Virus record (IMG/VR): IMGVR_UViG_3300042451_000960
DNA: 64,000 nt
Origin: a virus
Taxonomy: Duplodnaviria; Caudoviricetes
Direction: 5' to 3' (one strand)
Part shown: positions 20,001-27,900 of the stretch, one piece after another
How the letters are laid out: each line of letters starts with the position of its first letter
Numbering within the stretch: position 1 is the stretch's first letter
Translations under genes and position numbers: made by a program
Notes under the pieces: model-generated
The model's database searches: none
Told to the model about the DNA's origin: nothing
The model's input: only the letters and a program-made list of their open reading frames with translations

Positions 20001-20185
20001 AATTCAGGTGACATTTCCAATTTAGCATGTGCAATATCACCTGCTAAATAAATTAGTGAGTTTTCCGTTCCTCTTTGACGGATTTCCTCAAACATTTTTT
20101 CAAATACTTGTCTGAACTCTTTATGCCTCTTTACATTACGAATATGAATATCCGCAATATGATAAATCCTTTTTAATTTACTCAT
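17039..20185 (-). CDS. sbcCD: Fused Mre11/SbcD nuclease + Rad50/SbcC ATPase (T4 gp47-gp46 equivalent)
   Basis: ADIH, AGD, AGNHD, FHG, GDIH phosphoesterase motifs; APNASGKSS Walker A; CKFC zinc hook; SGMEK signature; IDEGFGTLD Walker B; ISH. Confidence 0.92.
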   Translation of the reverse strand: MSKLKRIYHIADIHIRNVKRHKEFRQVFEKMFEEIRQRGTENSLIYLAGDIAHAKLEMSPELVKEISWLFTECTKHCPTILIAGNHDCNMNNSDRLDVLTPIVEALNLENFWYLKDTQIWKYRQCEFAVFSIFDNKDNWPQSYSLTAETKIALFHGPVDHSETDIGYVVSSRHFTTDMFDGYDLALLGDIHKRQELKSPRGCRCVYAGSLVQQNFGETLDKHGFLVWDLDTLTYEEVDIQNDYGYYTMDIIAGVVPDVTDLPTHPRLRVRFSDTDAVDTKKAITEIKVKYGVEDFTTIRTDSLAKKKTGDRDNQLELEDITDVTYQNSLITDYIQRMMPFATADDIAGIQSLNKDINNRIEMDELTRNVQWKPVRFEFSNMFSYGEDNVINFDKVNGLMGLFAPNASGKSSLFDAISFCLFDKCSRAFKAANIMNNRKSDFHCQLHFQVEGIDYHIRREARTINKGRNVKVDVQFWRTNGGEKESLNGTERRDTNSVIEQYVGRYEDFVMTALSLQGNNALFIDKSQSERKDLLAQFMGLDIFDKLYATASEDIKEVAALIRNFKRTDFTTELAQKETDLTETQKELDSLQSEYKQLEKLKEENQNAISDLKESLTPIDSKLDLIQLEKSKKKIDSDIENNESLIETKKNNIESYFEVLTEASQSISQYDTVNGLPINEAKKEWDLAKGKLADVQQQIDKLEGQYESNLEKLKHLEQHEYDPNCKFCMNNVFVKDAIATKEIVKTQERQLETLNIAHHALIKATEPFSEVEYVWEKLVELRNKYQKGEILKQKGEAELSGLKTAHQLLENQLDGVKTDIERYHANEATIRKNNELNEEIKGLEIRKKNIDKELSDINRQILQKTGAIGSIQSFIDSTKAKMDEVKQLENKNTLYTYYLDAVKKDGVPYELISKAMPVIESEVNNILAQVVDFSLSMDTDGKNINAKIVYEDQEWALEMCSGMEKFISGLAIRVALINICGLPRPNFLVIDEGFGTLDADNLSSLFMMMQYLKTQFDFIWMISHLEQMRDIVDGLIEIKKDNGFSKINF

Positions 20186-21117
20186 ATATTATTTAACTTT
20201 GCCATCACCAAATCATCCCATGTAGTTTCTTTGGCAGATTTTAATATTTCGTTTACTTTTTGAAATCCCATTTCACCAGCATCCTTATCGGTTGGGATAA
20301 TATTTCTTACTTTGATTCCATTTTTTTGAAACCATTCAGTATGTTTTGTAGAATCATCTACGGCATCAGAATCTAACATAATCGTTACATCCTTAACACC
20401 CTTTTCCATAATTTTATTTTTGAGTTTGCTGAGTAAGAATTTACCCAATAGGGGAATTACATTTCTTTTGACTGAGAAAGAATCAAATACTCCCTCAACT
20501 AATGTGATTGGCTCATCCCAATTAATCATATTATCAAATACAATCACATCTCTACTAATTGGTGGGTTCTTATACTTCATTTTCTCATCTTCATAGAAAG
20601 AACGAGCTACAAAGTAATTAAGGTCACCATTATCATCGTAAGAAGGTATAATAACCCTTCCACCATATAAACCATCTTCACAATATCCGATGTTATACTT
20701 TACGATGTCAGCTTGAGTGATACCTCTTTTATTTAAATAGTGTAAAGCTTGATTATAAACTGGATTTATTCCTTTTGGTTTGAAGTATAATTGTTTGAAT
20801 TCTTTTGGTAGTTGTAACTTAGCTACATATTCTTCTTTGGAATCATATTCTGGTTCATCACCATATACATCCTTTACAACCGATATATCCCTAAGGTCTA
20901 CATTCAGTTTACGAAGGAGTGATGATATACTTCTACCTTTAGAATCACATACCCAACAATGCCATCTTTGTGTATCTAAATTTATTTGAAGTTTCTTTTT
21001 GTGGTGATTACAAAAAGGACAATGATGCGCCTGTTCATTTCCCTTTAAGGATGAACCTACTCCTAATGCGGAGTCTAATATATTGATTATTTTTAATTTG
21101 TTCTTACCCGATAGCAT
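20182..21117 (-). CDS. DNA primase (DnaG-type, zinc finger + TOPRIM)
   Basis: CPFCNHHKKKL...WHCWVC zinc finger; GRVIIP; LVEGVFD; LDSD; DAGE. Confidence 0.9.
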   Translation of the reverse strand: MLSGKNKLKIINILDSALGVGSSLKGNEQAHHCPFCNHHKKKLQINLDTQRWHCWVCDSKGRSISSLLRKLNVDLRDISVVKDVYGDEPEYDSKEEYVAKLQLPKEFKQLYFKPKGINPVYNQALHYLNKRGITQADIVKYNIGYCEDGLYGGRVIIPSYDDNGDLNYFVARSFYEDEKMKYKNPPISRDVIVFDNMINWDEPITLVEGVFDSFSVKRNVIPLLGKFLLSKLKNKIMEKGVKDVTIMLDSDAVDDSTKHTEWFQKNGIKVRNIIPTDKDAGEMGFQKVNEILKSAKETTWDDLVMAKLNNI

Positions 21118-21146
21118 AATTTAGGTTATATCCACAAAAACTTATA

Positions 21147-21178
21147 CAAATATACAACATTTTTGGGATATATCCAAA
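21147..21178 (-). promoter_or_regulatory. Bacteroidota-type promoter (TTTG-N20-TATATTTG) for the primase-sbcCD operon
   Basis: Minus strand reads TTTG-gatatatcccaaaaatgttg-TATATTTG. Confidence 0.8.
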
Positions 21179-21183
21179 TTTAA

Positions 21184-21387
21184 TTAACCGCCATAAGAAT
21201 TTTTAATATCAATAAGAAAATCGGCTAAAAATTGGAGTTTATTGGCTACTTCTTCTCTTGGTTGATTTTGAAGAACCATATTTTTAAGGTCTAATAAGGA
21301 TGCAGCTGCTACTGAATGCGCATCATCTTTTGAGTTTAAATATGCATCTGAAATGCCATATTTTTTACAAATTTCAGTAATTGTCAT
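21184..21387 (-). CDS. Hypothetical protein
   Basis: 67-aa ORF tiling with its neighbours. Confidence 0.65.
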   Translation of the reverse strand: MTITEICKKYGISDAYLNSKDDAHSVAAASLLDLKNMVLQNQPREEVANKLQFLADFLIDIKNSYGG

Positions 21388-21399
21388 AACGTGTGTTTA

Positions 21400-21807
21400 T
21401 TAATATATATCCTTACGAAAGAATTTTCCCATAAGGTTTTCATTTATTGATTGTGGGTCTGACAGTACATCTAATTTGAACTGCCACCAAACTTCCCAAT
21501 ATGTAAGTGATTTTTTACTAAAACAGAATTGAATGATTTCTCTTTCAAAATTCCCACCTCTACCTTCTTTTACTTCAGATTTAATCCATTCATTTGATGA
21601 GTAGTATTTTTCCCAATCAGAAGCCTTACGAACTACTCTCTTACGAACCTTTCCTTTTAGCGGTTTTAAACGGCGGGTTGATGTAAGTGATTTTTTACCA
21701 ATATAGAATTTACCAGTTGGTTTGTGTATAATTTTATAGACAAAACCAACCGCACCCTCTGGGGTGTTTTCTTCTGTAACCAAATTTCCATTAAATTTCC
21801 AAGACAT
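21400..21807 (-). CDS. GIY-YIG family nuclease-like protein
   Basis: GFVYKIIHKPTGKFYIGKK...YYSSN...F.REII...E. Confidence 0.75.
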   Translation of the reverse strand: MSWKFNGNLVTEENTPEGAVGFVYKIIHKPTGKFYIGKKSLTSTRRLKPLKGKVRKRVVRKASDWEKYYSSNEWIKSEVKEGRGGNFEREIIQFCFSKKSLTYWEVWWQFKLDVLSDPQSINENLMGKFFRKDIY

Positions 21808-21809
21808 TT

Positions 21810-21998
21810 TTACTTTTTAACTGTATCGGAGTATTTGGTAATTTTCAAATCTCCACCTCTAGCTTTTTTAAGTCTAGGTTCATTTTTAGCTAAGTCTAAG
21901 CCACCATCTGCTTCTATTGGAGTTTTATCTTTACCTTTAGAGTCAATTTTACCAGTCTTTGGTGGAGTTTTTTCGTAAATATCTATAATACTAGCCAT
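21810..21998 (-). CDS. Small hypothetical late protein
   Basis: 62-aa ORF behind a phage promoter motif. Confidence 0.65.
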   Translation of the reverse strand: MASIIDIYEKTPPKTGKIDSKGKDKTPIEADGGLDLAKNEPRLKKARGGDLKITKYSDTVKK

Positions 21999-22019
21999 TT
22001 TTTATTTGTTTTATCTTTA

Positions 22020-22028
22020 TATAAATAT
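22020..22028 (-). promoter_or_regulatory. Phage-specific promoter motif ATATTTATA
   Basis: Intergenic, upstream of the ATG at 21998. Confidence 0.65.
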
Positions 22029-22032
22029 AACC

Positions 22033-22974
22033 TTATGTATCAAAACGGATAATGAAGTTTATTGGATAATCCGGTAAAGATTTGATTGGTTGTGGTAACT
22101 TTGCCACTGCAACCATATTTAATTCGTTATCATATAAACCTATTGTTGTGATATAAGGAGCTAAATAGGAGCCTGTTGGGTCTATTGAGCTACTAAACTC
22201 ATAATCATCAAAACTACCATATTTTGATGGAATCAATTTTGATTGAATTGGGTATTTTGAATTTCTTACCCATTTGATACCAGGATCATAAAACGATGAT
22301 GTAACTAAATCATTTATCTTTGTATTACCCGGTCTATTAATAATAGTTGAAATTTTTGTACCACCATCTTCATAAACAGCTGTTGGATTTTGTGAAAAAT
22401 TAAATTCATTTTCTAATACTGAAATAAAGATTTCATTTTCAAATATAGTTTTTGTTGAACGGAAATCTAAAGTAAAGTTTCCCAAAACAGAACCACTATT
22501 AATATCCTTTGTTATCACGACAAGTCCTCTATCATAAAATATATTTCCTTTAACATTACTTGCAGAATCTATTAAATTTGAATACCCATCATCTGTGTAA
22601 GTTCTACCTATTGTATCATCTCTTAATGTTACAGTTTGTGGTTTAATTCCTTCACCATAATAAATTTGAGGAATTGAAAATACTGCAAATTCATCTTCTA
22701 AAACTCTTTCATAAGTTGATGCATAAGATTTTCTCCTACCAACTTCAGTAAGAACCGAAGCGGTTGCTGAATTTGTGTAGAATTGTGCTCTTACAGAATT
22801 ATATAGACTTAGTTTTGAAATTCCTTGACTCTTAGGGTCATTTTCATCATCAAATGCGCCCAAAGAAGAACTCATAGCAAATATAGGAGAAATATCATTT
22901 TCATCTAATCTCCATTCTTTATAGACCTTTATAGGTCTAACAACCACATCGGATTTTGGAATTTCCTTAATCAT
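22033..22974 (-). CDS. Baseplate/tail structural protein, paralogue of 23055..24296
   Basis: C-terminal EFNFSQNPT...YITTIGLYDNELNMVAVAKLPQPIK. Confidence 0.7.
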   Translation of the reverse strand: MIKEIPKSDVVVRPIKVYKEWRLDENDISPIFAMSSSLGAFDDENDPKSQGISKLSLYNSVRAQFYTNSATASVLTEVGRRKSYASTYERVLEDEFAVFSIPQIYYGEGIKPQTVTLRDDTIGRTYTDDGYSNLIDSASNVKGNIFYDRGLVVITKDINSGSVLGNFTLDFRSTKTIFENEIFISVLENEFNFSQNPTAVYEDGGTKISTIINRPGNTKINDLVTSSFYDPGIKWVRNSKYPIQSKLIPSKYGSFDDYEFSSSIDPTGSYLAPYITTIGLYDNELNMVAVAKLPQPIKSLPDYPINFIIRFDT

Positions 22975-22991
22975 TTAATTTTCCAATTTTA

Positions 22992-23000
22992 TATAAATAT
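22992..23000 (-). promoter_or_regulatory. Phage-specific promoter motif ATATTTATA
   Basis: Lies just downstream of a terminator and upstream of the ATG at 22974. Confidence 0.65.
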
Positions 23001-23010
23001 TTCTTAAATG

Positions 23011-23031
23011 AAAAACCCCCTTTCGGGGGTT
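23011..23031 (-). terminator. Rho-independent terminator
   Basis: Minus strand reads AACCCCC-GAAA-GGGGGTT-TTT, after the gene ending at 23055. Confidence 0.85.
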
Positions 23032-23054
23032 CTCCTATTTGAGTTTAAATTTTA

Positions 23055-24296
23055 TTAGAATGATAATTTAACTTTAATTAGTACTTCTTTATCAAATGAT
23101 TTTGGAATTGGTTGAGAAGTTTTTGCAACTGCAATCAATTCGTTTGCATCGTTTAATAAACCTACAGTTGTAATGTAAGTTTGAGGGTCCGATTCAAATG
23201 TACCTTCTACAAAGAAACCATCTGCATCAACATAAGTTGGGTTGTTAGAATAGTTAAACTCTCTATTTGTTGCTCTTACGAAGAAATGTTGTGTTGATAC
23301 ATTTTCAGTTCTTCTTGCTTCAAAATCTTTACCATTCTTTATTGCGTAATAGATTCTTTTATGATTGTATTGCTCAGCTGCAGTTGAAATACTACCACTA
23401 GCATTTCCAACATTATCAAATGTTTCAGTCCATACGTTACCAACAACAGAACCAATCGCTTTAGCGTTAAGAACAATAATACCTCTATCAGGATAGAAAG
23501 TACCATATCCTTCATTGGTTGCTGGTTTACCTACTGCTAAATCAGTAGCTGTATCTGCTTCGTTTTTAATGGTTGCGTCTGATTGTGTTCCTAAATTAAG
23601 TGAACCAGAAACTACTTTAAATTCTCTACCACTTAATCCTAAATCATCACCAAATTTCTTTCCACTATTATCAATGAAAGTAAATAAACCATTAGAACCA
23701 GATAGTTTTAATGACCAGTTACCAGCATCCATTTTTTCTCTATAACGTCCTCTAGCTACATTAATTGCATAGATTCCATTACAATCTGTTGAAATACCAG
23801 ATGAATTTTCAAATGAAAATTTGGTATCCGTTGGGTCTAACAACATAGAACGATATTGTGCATATGTTGCTTTTGAAGATAATAATGCATTATCATCAGT
23901 TGCTAAATCTACCGAACCACTTCCATCAACATGTCCGTATGCAACTGCATACTGTATTTCTGCTGATGAATCCGTTGTTGGACTTGTACTATAAACATTA
24001 TAATAATATTGTCCGCTTGTAGCTGCTACTTGCGTAGATGAAGTGAAGAATGAAATTAAAGAACCCGAATCATTAGTCCACAATCCAGTTGTTACAACTT
24101 CTACTTTTGCGTTTACCTTGTCAAAATCGCCAAATCTTTTATAGATACCAGTTGTTACGCCAGAACCAACAGCAATTTGTTGACCTGCTGGTAAAACAGA
24201 ATTTAAAATTGAAACGAGTTGATTCGAATCAATTGTGCCCGTATTAGCTAAATCTCTAATTTGGGCGGTTATATTAGGGTCATTAATTAGTGCCAT
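23055..24296 (-). CDS. Baseplate/tail structural protein
   Basis: C-terminal EFNYSNNPTY...YITTVGLLNDANELIAVAKTSQPIPK, like tail-collar/baseplate proteins; lies in the structural cluster. Confidence 0.7.
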   Translation of the reverse strand: MALINDPNITAQIRDLANTGTIDSNQLVSILNSVLPAGQQIAVGSGVTTGIYKRFGDFDKVNAKVEVVTTGLWTNDSGSLISFFTSSTQVAATSGQYYYNVYSTSPTTDSSAEIQYAVAYGHVDGSGSVDLATDDNALLSSKATYAQYRSMLLDPTDTKFSFENSSGISTDCNGIYAINVARGRYREKMDAGNWSLKLSGSNGLFTFIDNSGKKFGDDLGLSGREFKVVSGSLNLGTQSDATIKNEADTATDLAVGKPATNEGYGTFYPDRGIIVLNAKAIGSVVGNVWTETFDNVGNASGSISTAAEQYNHKRIYYAIKNGKDFEARRTENVSTQHFFVRATNREFNYSNNPTYVDADGFFVEGTFESDPQTYITTVGLLNDANELIAVAKTSQPIPKSFDKEVLIKVKLSF

Positions 24297-24309
24297 TTTC
24301 TATGTCTTT

Positions 24310-24933
24310 TTATGCTTTATAAGTTACGGTTACAGGTATAGTTTGAGAACCTCCAGTTTCATTACCATACACAGTAAGAGTTGTTGCAATATCAATTGTT
24401 AAATTTGGATTTGGAGTAAATCTAAATTCTAAACCACTAACAACTTGTGCAGTTGTTGTAATTTCTTCACCCAAAAATACCGGAACAGTTCCAGTTGATG
24501 TTGCTCCTCTTGTTACAGTAAGAGTACCTGCTCTTTGGTCTGCTAACACCACAGTATAACCTGCGTTTGTATTTCCAGCAGGAGATGTTGTTGGTGAAAG
24601 TGCCACCCCACCTTCAGTTTGGTTTACAGCGATTGAAGGTACACCCAATCTTACAGTTGGGATTTGAGTTGTTCCTTTAGGAAGTGTTACTAATTTATAT
24701 CTCAATACTTGAGTTTCATCAGGTGATGCTTCCGTAACAGGAATGTTTCTAATTGCTGAATCATAATAAGCCGAACCCTTTGGGTGTGCCGGCTCATAAA
24801 GTGTGTAATCAATTTCATCATCACCCAATGCGAATTTTGTGATGTTAAGAGATTGACCGGATGCTAATTTTTCTCTACCTTTTTTGGTAAGAACCGCATC
24901 TACAGTAATTTCGGTATTATCTAAATATGCCAT
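24310..24933 (-). CDS. Baseplate/tail-collar structural protein
   Basis: VLTKKGREKLA...ITKFALGDDEIDYTLY N-terminus typical of tail-collar/wedge proteins. Confidence 0.7.
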   Translation of the reverse strand: MAYLDNTEITVDAVLTKKGREKLASGQSLNITKFALGDDEIDYTLYEPAHPKGSAYYDSAIRNIPVTEASPDETQVLRYKLVTLPKGTTQIPTVRLGVPSIAVNQTEGGVALSPTTSPAGNTNAGYTVVLADQRAGTLTVTRGATSTGTVPVFLGEEITTTAQVVSGLEFRFTPNPNLTIDIATTLTVYGNETGGSQTIPVTVTYKA

Positions 24934-24962
24934 TTGATATTGTTTTTATGCTTTTTATCTAA

Positions 24963-24971
24963 AATAAATAT
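24963..24971 (-). promoter_or_regulatory. Phage-specific promoter motif ATATTTATT
   Basis: Intergenic, upstream of the ATG at 24933. Confidence 0.55.
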
Positions 24972-24992
24972 AACCATTTAGTATTTTCAATT

Positions 24993-27900
24993 CTAATCAA
25001 CTTCCAATATTGGTTCACCACTACCTCTACCAGTCTTAGCAACTCTAAGAATGTTAGGATTAGTTGTAAATGTTTCTACCGGAGATAACCCATCAGGTGT
25101 AGTTGTTGCAGTTTGTTGAGAACCTTTCCAATAAGTACGTTGCATTCCCTCTGATAAATTATTTGTATAACGATAGTGTGTTGGGAAATATCCATTTAAA
25201 GCTGTTACTTGTACTACATTATTTCCTACCGCAATACTTCCACTAAAAGGAAGTTGAGAAATTCTATATTTATATTTTGTAACTGAAACGTTTTGGTAAA
25301 CTACTTGGTCACCCAATTGAGCTCCATTTACAGGCCATCCGGCAACTTGAGTTGAAACATTTTCTACATAACTTTCTTTAACTAAGAATACACTTTGTCT
25401 ACTTCCAGTCAATTGAAAGTTCCCAAATACCCCATCAAAAGGTCTTACCAATGCATTACCATCTTTTGCATATAAACCAAATCCAGAATTTGCCAAAGAA
25501 TCCTTTTCCATACCAATTTGAACAGATTTAAAAGAATCGGCTTGACCTGTAAGTGTTGCTCCATTTGGTGCTTCTATTTCAACATCATAAAAAGGAGCAG
25601 TTGCTTCTATTATTTCTGTTGTATCATATTCAATAAGTGTATCGTAATTTGGATTGGTTACATCTAATACACATAAATTTTCATTTTCAATTAATGCATC
25701 ATAGTTTGGTAATTCTCCAACTAAATTTGTAGTATCATTTGTAACAATGTTCATTTCTTCAACATTATAAGTTGATTCTATTTCATTGTTTTCATCTATG
25801 TTTATAATTGTATCGTAATCACCTCTAACAGAAGTTGGCTTATCCCATCTTACTTTACTTCTTTCTAAAAAGTGAGGTTCAATAAGTAAACCTTTTGAAA
25901 TTTTAGCTCTAGCCGGTGCCAAATCTGCTAAAACATCAAACAAAGATTTATCAACATACTTTACCAATTGAATATATTCATAAATGTTTCTATCCAATCT
26001 TTCAAAATAGTAATTTCTAAGAGTTTCCAATTCTTTATAAGAATCTTTATATTCATCCGCAGGATTACCTATGTAATTATCAATATTAAAATCTCCAAAT
26101 GTTTTAAGAATATCCATATTCAACTCTTTCATAGGAGAGAAGAATAATCCCAATCTATTGGAATCTATTGGAGCTTGGTCAAATGATTTTTTAGTTGCTC
26201 TTACTTTATATGAAAGGTCAGTAACTAAAGAAGCAGATTCAAATCTAATTTTATTTGAATAACTTAATCCTGTTGAAGGAACAGTAGCTGTTACTGTTCT
26301 ATCATATGGAATATATTGATAAGGATATGAAGATGCTGAATAGAATTTACTTGCCGTTGCGTAATTTTCTGCGTATAATGTACTAATTGATACATTTTTA
26401 ATACTATTATCAGCGGTTCTATCTTTTGGATATTCAAAATCTAAACGGAACATTAAATCTGATGTAGATGCTGTGTATGAATTACCATTTGTTGCATCTG
26501 GAAATAATGTGTGGTTTTCAAACTTTGAAGTTTGTAATGGTACTTTCCATAATCTAACTTCATCCAATGCTCCAGTATAATCATTTCCTATTGTAAGTAC
26601 AGACCCACTCTCCCAAGGACCAGGCTCAGAAAGAAGTGACATACTTACATATGTTGTAATTCTTGTACCATTTGAAGTTGCAAATAATACTTCATATAAA
26701 CTCCCACCACCATATTGATGTCTATTTACTAAAATATTACTGTAGTGCTCTGTTGATAATGGGAAATCCAAACTTCCCGTTCCAGTTTCTGGCGGTAAAA
26801 CATATATTGTATATGTTGGGTCATTATAATAAGATGCTGTAAAGTATGGTTGAGCCGTTACACTACTACCTACACTAAATCCAAGTTTTACAAATGAGCC
26901 CGTTGTTTGTTCTAAAGTAATTGAACATTCTCCAAACGTAGCTAATGTAGTATTTTTTACAACATCAGGTTTTATTCTAAATTCTACAGCGTCAGGATAA
27001 TGAATTGTTGAAGGTATAACTTTCCAAGGTATTTGAACTAAAGAACCAGACTTCATTTGTATTGCCGCAGTCCTATCATCAAATGTAAATTTAGTAGAAC
27101 CACCCTTAGTTGGGTCTTGAGGTCCACCAAACTCCATTATTGTCAACATAGATTGAGGTACGCCATAACAAGCCATAATAGCTTTCATAGCTCTACCAGT
27201 TCCCTTATGCTTTAATAGATAAGGTAAGTTATTTAATATTCTTCTCCAAACTTCATTATTAGCATCTTCTAAAGGTCTATCATATTTTTTAGTACCATCT
27301 TTATATTGTCCAAATACATACTCCCAAAGGAATTGTGAATCAAAAGCTCGTTTACCTTCCCAACCTAAAGATTGTAAAAGATGATAAACCATATTATTAG
27401 CTACACCATCAAATTGTTTATTTTCAACTAACTTTGTTTTATTTATACCATTTATATAAGACCAAATAACATCAAAGTGCTGACCAATCATATCTAAGAA
27501 AAGAATAAAATCTTCATTGTTATAATCTTCTCTAATATGTTCTGGTAAATTATTTACTAAATAGTTTACATTGTACTTATCATATTCTGCGGATAAATCA
27601 ATTGCTGTGTCATACCAATTTTCTACTGTTGGATTTGTTGATGATAGTAATATTCCATTTACTTTTGGATATGATAACGATGATGAAACGTCTGTATATA
27701 AAAAGTTTTCAAGTCCATCAAATCCTCTTTTAACTTCAGATACTTTTTGTTGAACTTTATTTGCTTCGTTTACTACGTTAATAGATGATGTCCATGCACT
27801 ACCAGAAGATAATTCATTATACTTTGATTCATAAGTTTCTATCAATTGAACTTTGTAGAAGAAGTTTTTAAATCTTTCTTCTGCAGAACCAAAATGTGAA

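Noticed and set aside
21400-21807. GIY-YIG gene as a mobile homing endonuclease
   Set aside because: Only 135 aa, with no visible DNA-binding extension and no interrupted host gene; kept as a CDS, not called a mobile element.
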